Positions 36,436-48,382 of a DNA stretch of 64,000 nt are shown piece after piece. A program made the position numbers and the translations under genes. The notes under the pieces are model-generated. The model saw only the letters and a list, made by a program, of their open reading frames with translations. It did not search any database and was not told the DNA's origin. Source of the stretch: a virus; IMG/VR virus record IMGVR_UViG_3300022602_000036, positions 32,001-96,000 of that record; one strand, 5' to 3'. Numbering within the stretch: the stretch's first letter is position 1; each line of letters begins with the position of its first letter.

Positions 36436-36504
36436 ATTTTAGAGTAAATACTGGTGTAAGCGATCTCTTCATAATGATCTGACCGCTAATATGAGGAGAG
36501 TAAA

Positions 36505-36909
36505 ATGCTTAAACACTTAGCGGTTATCAGTCTTTTTGTGTCTTCTACAGCATTAGCAGACACAGTAGTTCAAGAATTATACATGCCTAATGACGCAGGT
36601 GGTTATGTAACGTTAACCATGGATGAATGCAAGTTGGGTGACAGAGTCAAAAAAGATTATCCTTTCCGAACCTATGCTACAGAAGATGAAGAAGGTAAGA
36701 TCAAGCATGAAGGGTGTTGGATACGTCCAAGCACAGATGATGCACCAAAGGTTCAGGGTATGACTATTATTCCGTTGGTTAATACCTATTGGGAAGGTGG
36801 CGATCGTGCTACATTCCAAGCCAGCCAATTTGGACCAATTAAACAGCGTTGGGATTTTAAGCTACCCCCAATAGAAGTTAAGCCAGAACATATACCAAAT
36901 TCAATTTAA
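36505..36909 (+). CDS. Exported hypothetical protein
   Basis: Signal peptide (..STALA), two Cys. Confidence 0.7.
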   Translation: MLKHLAVISLFVSSTALADTVVQELYMPNDAGGYVTLTMDECKLGDRVKKDYPFRTYATEDEEGKIKHEGCWIRPSTDDAPKVQGMTIIPLVNTYWEGGDRATFQASQFGPIKQRWDFKLPPIEVKPEHIPNSI

Positions 36910-37269
36910 TGTATGGGCATACCCATATGATAATAAATATGGTATGGACATTAAAGACTATACTGATGTTGGCGTAACTGAACAGGATTTGAGTAAGGTC
37001 CTCGTCAGTAATGAGCCAACCAACGGTGAACAACAACTTAACAAGGCAACTGGGCAAGTTGAAGTTTACTATAACGGCATGTGGTGCGTACGATGACTTT
37101 TGGCGAAATATTTACTGTTGGGGTAGTGGTGATTATCGTCTGTGTCATGCTAGATGAATTTTTAACAGCCTATGAAGAATACATGGGCAGTGATGACGAA
37201 TAGAGATTAACATGAAAACAATGTACATGGAGACTGTTATGCGATCGTAAACTTTACGAGGAGCATAAT

Positions 37270-37587
37270 ATGTCTAGAACACGTAGACGTAAGCGTGGCG
37301 ACCACACTGATCTAGCTTGGCAAACTAGAGAAATGATCAAAGTCCCAGGCAGATTAATTTGGGTGCCAATGGACCCAAAAACCAAGCAGTATAAACGAGT
37401 AGTAAACAAGTATCACAGTGATGCAGGCACACATAAGTTTAACAACTGTCCACAAGGATGGTGGGTTAACATGGTAATGCAAAGACCACATCGCCGTGAT
37501 GCTAAAAGAAAAATCCAAAAATGGTTGTTGGATCCAGAGTATGAAGTTATACTAAATGCTAAGGAACCACTTCCATATTGGGATTAA
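37270..37587 (+). CDS. Basic hypothetical protein
   Basis: MSRTRRRKRG...; GAGGAG RBS. Confidence 0.7.
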   Translation: MSRTRRRKRGDHTDLAWQTREMIKVPGRLIWVPMDPKTKQYKRVVNKYHSDAGTHKFNNCPQGWWVNMVMQRPHRRDAKRKIQKWLLDPEYEVILNAKEPLPYWD

Positions 37588-37589
37588 AG

Positions 37590-37900
37590 AATTGTTGTAT
37601 GAAGCGAGTCCAAAAACGGACAAGACACGGGTTCGACTCCCGTCGCCTCCACCAAAGCATTTTTGAAAGAGAGTTTTTCGTTGGGGGTGCCATGGTATCG
37701 ATTGACGGCTTAGTAGGCAAGTGGACAACACAGTAGGCGATGACTGTAAATCAAGCAAAATCCGTAAATGCAAAAGCATCTACACTTGGTACTGTAAAAG
37801 TATCTATGGGCCGCGGTTTCCGCTTTGCTCGTGGTACAGAAGCAGTAGCTGCCTAAGAAACAGCAACCACGGGGCAGTTATGCCTTGTTACCCAAAATAA
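37590..37900 (+). ncRNA. ssrA: Circularly permuted (two-piece) tmRNA
   Basis: T-arm + CGCCTCC-ACCA (ends 37654), spacer, then GGGGGTG 5' strand (37683) giving G3-U70; tag frame 37770-37856 AKASTLGTVKVSMGRGFRFARGTEAVAA*; outer boundaries approximate. Confidence 0.9.
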
Positions 37901-37902
37901 CC

Positions 37903-37922
37903 AAACCCGCTTCGGCGGGTTT
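37903..37922 (+). terminator. Intrinsic terminator after tmRNA
   Basis: AAACCCGC-ttcg-GCGGGTTT. Confidence 0.8.
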
Positions 37923-38036
37923 GCTACCTCTAAAAAGAGGTTGACAACAATACCAAATGATACTATAATAGTAACTAGTATGTCGTAGTTGGTTCTACGC
38001 ATACGTTAATTCAACTTTAGGACAAAGGAGAAATAT

Positions 38037-39335
38037 ATGTCACAAGCAACATCTTGGGTTAATCACTTGGCTGCTAACCCTGACCCAAAATATCCTAATC
38101 AAGGATACCCAGAAGTAATTGCTCAACGTTTTGGTAAAGATTTGGACCAAATACTTGGACCAGTATCCCAACGACGACCATATGACCAAATTAGTCAAAC
38201 AGAAGTAGAAAGCAGACTTGAATTAGTTGACGAAAAACTATTCCTTGCTAATATGCGTGGGGGCAAACAGCAACTTCTACAAACATTTTATGATTTGTTA
38301 GAGCACTTAGAAGATACTAAAGCATTATGGGGTATTGATATTCCTTTGATGAATATCATGCCAATGGAAGGCGTTGAACGCCACGCTGTAGAAAAGTTAT
38401 GGATTAACTATCGTTCACAGCGTACATTATATGCACGTCACATTGTTCAGATTGTTTTTAAATTTGATCCATGGAGTGTGTTTAATGGCATTGGGCGCAT
38501 GACTAAAGATTTAAAACGACTGTTTATCAATGATGCCCAACACCGTACTATTGCTTGTATGATTTTTGGTATTAGATATATGTCTGTACAATATCGCATC
38601 AGTGACGATGAAAACGTAGACATTGATCAGTTCTGTGCTTGTAATGTAGATAACCTACCGTCAGAAGCATACGATAACTATCGCAACCGTAAAGAACGTT
38701 GTGATGCTTATATCCAGGCTGATCGTCCACCGATCCGTGAAGATAAGTTTATGTGGGATATCGCACAATGGGCTCAACGTTGGGCTGTTAATATTTGTCG
38801 TGTAGGGGATCCTGTAGCTAACGGTGCAAGAGGTATTAGCCACATGGCAGATTTGTATAAATCTGCACGCATGGGATTTGACGTAATGGACGCTGCGGCA
38901 GCAGTGCTAGTTAAAGTTTACCCAAATGATCCAATGAAGTCAGCAAACTTAGTTGGACTATGCGAGTTATTGAAACAACAAGAACCCGAGTGGTTAGATG
39001 TAGACTACCAAGGTCCAAATAATTCAATCCTAAATCCTAAACTAGAGGATCTAGCTGAGATAATTGGAAAACGTTTTGGTAATGTAAACAAAGGTCAAAA
39101 TTCTGGTACATATCACGACCAATGTAAGCAAGCAATTAACAATTGGTATAAGGAAGCGTTTAATACTTTAAGTAACCCAAGTGGTATTGCACCTGAGGTA
39201 AAAGTTGCACACGCTACATATCACGTATATGATTCTTACAGTACCAAATATAAACTTACTGTGCCTAAAACAGAAAAAGGTGAGACATACAAAGTATTGT
39301 TATCATTCACAGAAGGATACAAAAAATGGATGTAG
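38037..39335 (+). CDS. ParB-like/DGQHR-motif protein
   Basis: LFINDAQHRTIA variant of DGQHR, preceded by YRSQR; own sigma70 promoter at 37941. Confidence 0.6.
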   Translation: MSQATSWVNHLAANPDPKYPNQGYPEVIAQRFGKDLDQILGPVSQRRPYDQISQTEVESRLELVDEKLFLANMRGGKQQLLQTFYDLLEHLEDTKALWGIDIPLMNIMPMEGVERHAVEKLWINYRSQRTLYARHIVQIVFKFDPWSVFNGIGRMTKDLKRLFINDAQHRTIACMIFGIRYMSVQYRISDDENVDIDQFCACNVDNLPSEAYDNYRNRKERCDAYIQADRPPIREDKFMWDIAQWAQRWAVNICRVGDPVANGARGISHMADLYKSARMGFDVMDAAAAVLVKVYPNDPMKSANLVGLCELLKQQEPEWLDVDYQGPNNSILNPKLEDLAEIIGKRFGNVNKGQNSGTYHDQCKQAINNWYKEAFNTLSNPSGIAPEVKVAHATYHVYDSYSTKYKLTVPKTEKGETYKVLLSFTEGYKKWM

Positions 39336-39757
39336 AACTAATTAACCAAAAGATTATTGAAGTAGAAAATAATCCATATCCGGATATGGATGAAGCAACT
39401 TATCTTAATAAAGATATTTGGTTTAAGGTAATTACAGGTAAAATGGATCTTAAAATGGTACAATGTATCTACTGGAGTATGCAACCGGAGTACGATGCAA
39501 CTCCGGAAGAGTTGTACAATATTAGTCCTGATTATCATAATGGTTTTAAGTTTTGTTATGGCCGCGGTAAGAATAGAGTAACTAGTGATGATATATTCTT
39601 ACCTAGTCCAGACCATGTGATTCCGCAAAAACACAACGGTCCGTCTACTATAGACAATCTTAAAATTGTTCCAAAGAAATATAATATTTGGAAACGAGAT
39701 ATGCTTAAAGAGGAATGGAATGACTTTAAAGTATGGATGGATAATCATTTAGAGTAG
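39326..39757 (+). CDS. HNH endonuclease
   Basis: PSPDHVIPQKHNGPSTIDNLKIVPKKYN..K. Confidence 0.8.
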   Translation: MDVELINQKIIEVENNPYPDMDEATYLNKDIWFKVITGKMDLKMVQCIYWSMQPEYDATPEELYNISPDYHNGFKFCYGRGKNRVTSDDIFLPSPDHVIPQKHNGPSTIDNLKIVPKKYNIWKRDMLKEEWNDFKVWMDNHLE

Positions 39758-39873
39758 AAAACACTTGACATAAATAATTCTGCTAGTGTATACTGTATTA
39801 TCAAGTATATACTAGTAGTTTTGTGCCTTCGGGGCAAAACATTTTACTTGCTTAATTAAGGAGAAATAAAATC

Positions 39874-41795
<1,922 letters not shown>

Positions 41796-41822
41796 TTAAC
41801 TACCCAGTTAATTGCTTAAAAG

Positions 41823-41849
41823 AATAGCACCTTCGGGTGCTATTTTTTT
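41823..41849 (+). terminator. Intrinsic terminator
   Basis: AATAGCACC-ttcg-GGTGCTATT-TTTTT. Confidence 0.9.
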
Positions 41850-41925
41850 GTCTTGAACTTTTCAATTCTCTAGGATAAATAACTTAAAGCAAGTAATCAT
41901 TTAACCTTGGGGAATATGGAACCAA

Positions 41926-42168
41926 ATGGCTAACACCAACTTTGTAGTTCAGAACGGCTTAACAGTCGGACCATTAACGATAGATGCAGCAACAGGTAGT
42001 ATTACCACAACAGGTAACTTGTCAGTTGCAGGTCTTACAGCTAATACCACACAAGAAACCCTTACAGCTAATACCGTATCAGTAACGCACGCGGCAGGAT
42101 TAACCATCAATGGAGTCCAAGCCGCCACAGTATCAGATGCGCAAGCATTTGCAATCGCATTAAGTTAA
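41926..42168 (+). CDS. Small virion/fibre-associated protein
   Basis: NFVVQNGLTVG start, AFAIALS end; late promoter upstream. Confidence 0.6.
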   Translation: MANTNFVVQNGLTVGPLTIDAATGSITTTGNLSVAGLTANTTQETLTANTVSVTHAAGLTINGVQAATVSDAQAFAIALS

Positions 42169-42182
42169 TAGGATAACATAAA

Positions 42183-42536
42183 ATGGCAAGTAATTTTTAT
42201 TTAAAAACAAGCAAAAACGCTGGTAACACATGGTCACTGGTAGGTAACTACACTGTAAGTAGCACTGTGTTATCTTCAGTAATACTAGGCATAGCAGTTG
42301 CTAATACCACAGGCTCTACTATTAGTGCCAACGTTGGTATATTCACTGGCAACTATGCCGCTGGTAGTAGTGCAAATATCTATTTGATTTATAATGCACC
42401 TATTTCAGCAGGCGGTACACTAATTCCAGTTGGTGTTGACCAAAAGGTAGTATTACAATCTAATAATGCAGTTTTTGTTCAGACTTCAGCTGCTAACTCA
42501 GCTGACGTAGTAATGAGCGTTTTGGAGCTTTCATAA
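42183..42536 (+). CDS. Virion structural protein
   Basis: Beta-rich; context of the tail-fibre cluster. Confidence 0.6.
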   Translation: MASNFYLKTSKNAGNTWSLVGNYTVSSTVLSSVILGIAVANTTGSTISANVGIFTGNYAAGSSANIYLIYNAPISAGGTLIPVGVDQKVVLQSNNAVFVQTSAANSADVVMSVLELS

Positions 42537-42537
42537 C

Positions 42538-44010
42538 ATGGCATACGTAGGTATACAACCAATTACCCAAACCCTGGCTACTAGTAACCAGTTTTTTAGT
42601 GGTGATGGTACAACCGTAAACTTTACTCTACAACAAAGTGTTGGTAGAGCTTCTGACTTGATTGTACAGGTTGGCAGTACCTTACAAGTTCCATTTACCA
42701 ACTATGTAGCCGCAGGATCAAGTTTAACTTTTGTTACCGCACCAACTGCTGGTACAAACAATATTTCAGTAACATATCTAGCTGGCGCACTTAACACTAT
42801 CAACTTAACAGCCAACGTTTATCCATTGGGCACTAACGTTGCTCCAAGTATTTCAGGCATTGGTGCAAGTACCACAGGTATTTACTGGCCAACAACTACA
42901 TCTTTAGGTGTAACTGCCGCAGGTCAAAATACTATTGTATTTTCAGGCACTCCAACAGCAACCAGCACTACCTCAGGTGCACTACAGGTCAAAGGTGGCG
43001 TTGGTATTACAGGTGCAACTTATGTGGGTGGTACTATATATGCTACCAGCACAACTGGTTCAACTAACCAATCAACTGGCGCACTGGTAGTATCAGGTGG
43101 GGTTGGCGTAACTGGATCTATGTATCTAGGCGGGTCAATGACTGTAGCTGGATCATTTACAGTTGCTGGTGCGTTTAATACCACAGCTACTAACAGTTTA
43201 ACAGTTAACGATCCATTCTTATTCTTAGCTAATACCAACGTAGGTAACGCAGTTGATATTGGTATTGCTGGTACATACAATGATGGTACAGCGCAACGCT
43301 ACACAGGCCTATACAAAACAGCGGCAGACGGTCGTTGGAGATTGTTCAGTAACTTAGTTACTCCTCCAGGCACAACAGTTACTACCAGTGATGGTAGTTA
43401 TGTTTATGCTGACTTGTGGATTGGTAATGCTAACGTTACACAAACTAGTACTTCGACCAGCAGTCAAACAGGCGCACTACAGGTTATGGGTGGCGCGGGT
43501 ATTCGCGGAGCTATCTATGTCAACAGTTTAAACAATGCTATTGCTATTGGTAACGGTGGCACAGCTGGTCAAGGCAATATCGGTACAAGTGGCGCTGGCT
43601 TTAATATTATCTACGCACAGGCAACCACAGCACAATACGCTGACTTGGCAGAAAAATATTTAGCTGATGCCAAATATGCTCCAGGCACAGTGGTATCATT
43701 TGGTGGTGAACAAGAAGTCACACAATCAACAGTTAACATGGACACACGTATAGCTGGTGTAGTGTCTACACAACCAGGATACATCATGAACGAAGGTTTA
43801 GAAGGTAACTATGTAAGTACAGTTGCACTTTATGGTCGTGTTCCTTGTAAGGTTCAAGGTCATATTAACAAAGGTGATATGTTAGTTTCAGCAGGTAACG
43901 GATATGCACGTGCAGAATCTAATCCAGTTGTAGGGTCAGTAATTGGTAAGGCCTTAGAAAGTCACAATGACTTAGAAGGTGTTATTGAAGTAGTAGTGGG
44001 TAGAAACTAG
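42538..44010 (+). CDS. Tail fibre protein with C-terminal autocleaving chaperone-like domain
   Basis: FSGDGTT..FTL; GAL.V.GG.G repeats; YADLAEKY...PGTVV.FGG domain. Confidence 0.75.
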   Translation: MAYVGIQPITQTLATSNQFFSGDGTTVNFTLQQSVGRASDLIVQVGSTLQVPFTNYVAAGSSLTFVTAPTAGTNNISVTYLAGALNTINLTANVYPLGTNVAPSISGIGASTTGIYWPTTTSLGVTAAGQNTIVFSGTPTATSTTSGALQVKGGVGITGATYVGGTIYATSTTGSTNQSTGALVVSGGVGVTGSMYLGGSMTVAGSFTVAGAFNTTATNSLTVNDPFLFLANTNVGNAVDIGIAGTYNDGTAQRYTGLYKTAADGRWRLFSNLVTPPGTTVTTSDGSYVYADLWIGNANVTQTSTSTSSQTGALQVMGGAGIRGAIYVNSLNNAIAIGNGGTAGQGNIGTSGAGFNIIYAQATTAQYADLAEKYLADAKYAPGTVVSFGGEQEVTQSTVNMDTRIAGVVSTQPGYIMNEGLEGNYVSTVALYGRVPCKVQGHINKGDMLVSAGNGYARAESNPVVGSVIGKALESHNDLEGVIEVVVGRN

Positions 44011-44018
44011 GAGATAGT

Positions 44019-44423
44019 ATGTCATACATTGGACAAAGACCACAAGTAGGTAATTTCGTTAAAATTGACGATATTAGTTCACAATTTAACGGTGTTACTG
44101 TGACATTTAACGTTACAGTATCAGGTGCACCATACACACCAGGTAACCCAAACGCTACTATTGTTGGCCTTGGGGGTGCAATACAAAACCCAGGGGTTGA
44201 CTATTTCTTCAGCGGCAGTACTATATCATTTGCTATAGCACCAACTAGTGCCAACAACGGTAAATTTTTCTGTTTGGTATTAGGGGATGTATTAAGCATT
44301 GGTACACCTAGCAACAACAGTATTACAAATGCAATGTTCCAAGCAAACACAATTCAATATGGTTCATTTGCATCAACGACAAAAGCTACACTGTTAGCTA
44401 ATTCATTATTATTTGGGGCATAA
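44019..44423 (+). CDS. Virion structural protein (baseplate/fibre module)
   Basis: DDISSQFNG...F...Q.PGVDY...I.F..AP. Confidence 0.65.
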   Translation: MSYIGQRPQVGNFVKIDDISSQFNGVTVTFNVTVSGAPYTPGNPNATIVGLGGAIQNPGVDYFFSGSTISFAIAPTSANNGKFFCLVLGDVLSIGTPSNNSITNAMFQANTIQYGSFASTTKATLLANSLLFGA

Positions 44424-44426
44424 AAC

Positions 44427-47400
44427 ATGGCAAGACAAGCAATTAAACAATACATATTTGTACCAGGCAACTCAGGGGTTGGCTATGTGCAGATACCTGG
44501 CAACTATTCAAATGGTCAGGTCATAGCGATCTTAGATGCTACAGCACAGACATTCCTTTACAACTTTGCTGATGCAACTTTACAGGGTGTGATTACTTGG
44601 ACACAAGGTCCAAACAGTAACTTCCCAACTAGTATTGATGGTGTAACTACTATTACTTTAAACCTTAATACTACACAATATCCTAGTACTGATAAATTAG
44701 CCGTTTACGTTGAAGCTCCATATCAAGTAGATCGCCCATTTGCTCGTGATGCAGTTGAACGTTTACGTGTAGCTAACCCACAGTCACTAATTGACGCTGA
44801 CTTTGAGTACGGCTTACAAAACACTAAATGGCAAAGTCTATTTACTAACAATGATAACCCAAGTATCTATGAAGTTCCAGGTTCAGACGTTTATGCTAAC
44901 ACAATTTCATACATTAGTTTCTTAGGTAACAGCCTAACATCAGGTGCGGTGGCAGCTGGTTCAAGTAACGTACAGATTATTTCAAACGGCTTTTCACAAG
45001 CAGGTCCAGGTAACAACCAACCTAACTGGACACAAAATGACTTTGCACTATTATTAAACAGTGACCCTGTGGGCAAACCAACACTGACCACATACTTAAC
45101 AACCAACGTAGCTTCGCAGAACCAACGTGGTCTAACAGTGGTTAGCTCAACTGGATTTAATCCAGGTGATAACGTTGTATTGATTTATGCTAATGCACAA
45201 GGTGTTACAGCAACTACATCAACAACTAGTAGCTTGACAGCTGGTCAAACAGCGTTAGCAGTAGCTTCAGGTACACCTATTGTCAACGGTAGTATGATTG
45301 CTGTTAACACTGGTAACATACAATATCCAGTAGAATTGATGGTAGTTACAGCAGGTGGCGGCACAAGTTCGCTAACAGTGGTGCGTAACAGATGGAACAC
45401 TAACTCAGCCAACATTGCTATTGCTTCAGGCGCAGGTATTAGTGTGGTTGGTCAAGCAGAAATGGCCAACGTGGTCAGCGTGCCAAACTCAACAACTATT
45501 AACGTTAACCGTGGCTACCAAAATACATCACCACAAGACAGTATGTACGCTAATACTATTATTACCAAAGCCTACTGGGACGCAGGTGGAGTAAGTGGTA
45601 CCAACGTTGAAATTGTACAGATGACAACAATTGGTACAGCACAGGCTAACATTGCGCAGTTTACACGTGGTGCGATGGGCACAACTCCAATAGCACAAGC
45701 AGGTGCAGGCAGTTTAGTTTTACGTTTATCAGGTATATTCACAGCTGGTAATACTAGTGTTCCATTGGTGGCTATGAACTTAAAAGGTCATAGTTTCAAT
45801 AAATTCTCAGCTATTAGCACACAAAACCACTATACTCCTGTAACAGAAGGACAATATCAAGTCAGTGATGTGTATACTAACTATCTAGACTATGTACCTA
45901 AGAACCCACCAAATACAGCAATTGGTTATCAAGTTAACCGTTGGGACACTTATATTCGTTATGCAGGCTTCTACGGTACAGCTAGCTTGCCACAACTTTC
46001 ATTTACCACAGATGGTGCTAACCCAAGTACAATTACAGCTACTAGTGCTTATGCACATGGTCTATCACCAGGTACACCAATCTTAGCTAACATAGCCGCT
46101 TCAGGCGGTACAGTATTTGGTTTTGGTCCAGCGGTGATTCAGACTATTCCAAGTGCAACCACGTTTACATTTGTGGCCAGAGGTACTGTTACGGGACCTG
46201 TTACAGGTGCTTGTTATGTACGTCCAAACTCATTCTTCACACACCGTGCGGCAGACGGTGGGGTTAACCTAGGTACTGGTACACCACACCATGGTGCGGC
46301 AGCAGCTAGACAGACTAAGAAATATTTCCGTTACCAATCTGGTAAAGGTATTATGTGGACATCAGGTACACTGTTAGGCAGTAACTTTGACATTACCAGC
46401 ATCTCTGCTACAGGTACAGGCGTTGGTAACGTTATTAACATTACCACAGACACAGAACATCAACTACAAATTGGTGCTAATGTTTTAGTGCAACAAATCA
46501 ACACTCTAGGCTATAATGGCTACTATCTAGTACAACAGGTTACTGGATTTAATAGCTTCCAATGTAACGTAACCACACCTTTAGGTAGTACTACTCCGGT
46601 AGTGGGTAACCAACCTAAAATAGCTACAGTTACCTGGGCAGGTGCGAGTGTACGTGCTGGTTTGTTTGATGATCAAAACGGCGTGTACTGGGAAAACAAC
46701 GGAGTAACAATCAGTGTAGTCCTACGTGCAGCTACATTCTATATGACAGGCACAGTGTCAGTTGAGGTTGCTACTAACTTGTGTGCAGGTGACGGTACTT
46801 GCTTGTTTACACAACAGTTTGTTGCAGGTGATAAAATTATCCTACGCGGTATGACACACACTGTAACATCAGTTATTGACGACAACAACCTAACAATTAG
46901 TCCAGTATGGCGCGGCTTAACTAACCAAGTGCGTATTAAACCAAGTAAAGTTATTGAACAACGTTATCCACAAAAATATTGGAACCTTGATCGTCTAGAC
47001 GGCACAGGTCCAAGTGGTTACTTGTTAGATGGCACTAAGATGCAGATGTTGATGATTCAGTACACATGGTACGGTGCTGGTTTCATTGACTTTGGTGTTC
47101 GTGGCCCACGTGGTGATTATATTTTCTGCCATAGAATTATGAACAACAACTTTAACTATCAAGCATATATGCGTTCAGGTAACTTACCGGCACGTTATCA
47201 AGCGATTAATGATACACCATATCAAATCTTGTTAGGTAACAGTGCTACCTATGGTGCTAACTATAGTGGCATTACATCAAGTGATACGACATTCTATATA
47301 CAAGATGCTACACACTTCCCAACACCAACACCAACGCAACCAGTGTGGGTATTGATTGATAACGAAATATTAAAATGTACAGGTATTACCTACGGTAACA

Positions 47401-48305
47401 TTGTTTACTCACCAACTACTTACAGTAACGTACAACCAGCTACAGTAACAGGTGTGACACGTGCAGCTAGCTTTAACCTGTTCCAAGACGGTAAAAACAC
47501 TACATTCTCAGCAGGTAATGCTCAGCCACATAGTGCTAACGTTTCAGTACGTGTAATTAACAGTACATCAGCACCGAGCTTGAACCACTGGGGTAGTGCA
47601 GTTATCCTAGACGGCGGCTTTGACACTGACCGCGGTTACGCTTATACGTACTCAGTAGCTAACGTTGCGTTCCCAACAGGTAGTTCAGCAACATCTAGCA
47701 CTATTACAGCGTTTGCAATGCGTCTAGCACCAAGCGTAAGTAATCAAATTCCAGGTGACTTAGGTACACGTGATCTAGTTAATCGTGCGCAGTTGATTCT
47801 ACAAAACATGATTATTAACTTCTCTGGTAACAACGTCAGCCAAACAACTGGTGCACGTTACCTAGTTGAAGGTATTCTAAATCCAAATAATATCAGTACT
47901 ACCAGCACAACTTGGAGTTACTTATACAACCAGGCATTTAACGCACAGAACAATCCATCAAGTGCTATTCAACCAAGCTACACACAGGTGGCTTCAGGTA
48001 ATATCTTAGGCGCAGCTCAATACACTGGTTCATTGAGTTTCAATGGTTACAGTTACGCTAGTGGTGGTACAAGTTGGGCCACAGGTGGTGAACGTTTGTT
48101 TGCGATTCCAGTTAACTATACCAACTCAGGTCAGCTAGACTTGAGTCAAGTTAAACAGATTGGTAACAGTGGTATTCCAGGATTTAACATCTATCCAGAC
48201 GGTCCAGAGTTACTAGCTATTAACGTTACTGCTCTAGTACCAACAGCAGCTGGTGTTAACGTTACAGGTGAAATTCAAGTTCAGTGGAACGAATCACAAG
48301 CATAA
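44427..48305 (+). CDS. Large virion structural protein
   Basis: 1292 aa; PQSLIDADFEYGLQ, RQTKKYFRYQSGKG, WYGAG motifs of T4-like virion proteins. Confidence 0.75.
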   Translation: MARQAIKQYIFVPGNSGVGYVQIPGNYSNGQVIAILDATAQTFLYNFADATLQGVITWTQGPNSNFPTSIDGVTTITLNLNTTQYPSTDKLAVYVEAPYQVDRPFARDAVERLRVANPQSLIDADFEYGLQNTKWQSLFTNNDNPSIYEVPGSDVYANTISYISFLGNSLTSGAVAAGSSNVQIISNGFSQAGPGNNQPNWTQNDFALLLNSDPVGKPTLTTYLTTNVASQNQRGLTVVSSTGFNPGDNVVLIYANAQGVTATTSTTSSLTAGQTALAVASGTPIVNGSMIAVNTGNIQYPVELMVVTAGGGTSSLTVVRNRWNTNSANIAIASGAGISVVGQAEMANVVSVPNSTTINVNRGYQNTSPQDSMYANTIITKAYWDAGGVSGTNVEIVQMTTIGTAQANIAQFTRGAMGTTPIAQAGAGSLVLRLSGIFTAGNTSVPLVAMNLKGHSFNKFSAISTQNHYTPVTEGQYQVSDVYTNYLDYVPKNPPNTAIGYQVNRWDTYIRYAGFYGTASLPQLSFTTDGANPSTITATSAYAHGLSPGTPILANIAASGGTVFGFGPAVIQTIPSATTFTFVARGTVTGPVTGACYVRPNSFFTHRAADGGVNLGTGTPHHGAAAARQTKKYFRYQSGKGIMWTSGTLLGSNFDITSISATGTGVGNVINITTDTEHQLQIGANVLVQQINTLGYNGYYLVQQVTGFNSFQCNVTTPLGSTTPVVGNQPKIATVTWAGASVRAGLFDDQNGVYWENNGVTISVVLRAATFYMTGTVSVEVATNLCAGDGTCLFTQQFVAGDKIILRGMTHTVTSVIDDNNLTISPVWRGLTNQVRIKPSKVIEQRYPQKYWNLDRLDGTGPSGYLLDGTKMQMLMIQYTWYGAGFIDFGVRGPRGDYIFCHRIMNNNFNYQAYMRSGNLPARYQAINDTPYQILLGNSATYGANYSGITSSDTTFYIQDATHFPTPTPTQPVWVLIDNEILKCTGITYGNIVYSPTTYSNVQPATVTGVTRAASFNLFQDGKNTTFSAGNAQPHSANVSVRVINSTSAPSLNHWGSAVILDGGFDTDRGYAYTYSVANVAFPTGSSATSSTITAFAMRLAPSVSNQIPGDLGTRDLVNRAQLILQNMIINFSGNNVSQTTGARYLVEGILNPNNISTTSTTWSYLYNQAFNAQNNPSSAIQPSYTQVASGNILGAAQYTGSLSFNGYSYASGGTSWATGGERLFAIPVNYTNSGQLDLSQVKQIGNSGIPGFNIYPDGPELLAINVTALVPTAAGVNVTGEIQVQWNESQA

Positions 48306-48325
48306 TTGCAGTATTGTGTTAAAAG

Positions 48326-48350
48326 AAATAGGACCTCAGGGTCCTATTTT
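48326..48350 (+). terminator. Intrinsic terminator
   Basis: AAATAGGACC-tcag-GGTCCTATTTT. Confidence 0.8.
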
Positions 48351-48382
48351 CTTGATAAATACTAGATAATTAAGAGAGCATT

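Noticed and set aside
37552-37779. Minus-strand 75-aa ORF
   Set aside because: Antisense shadow of the tmRNA
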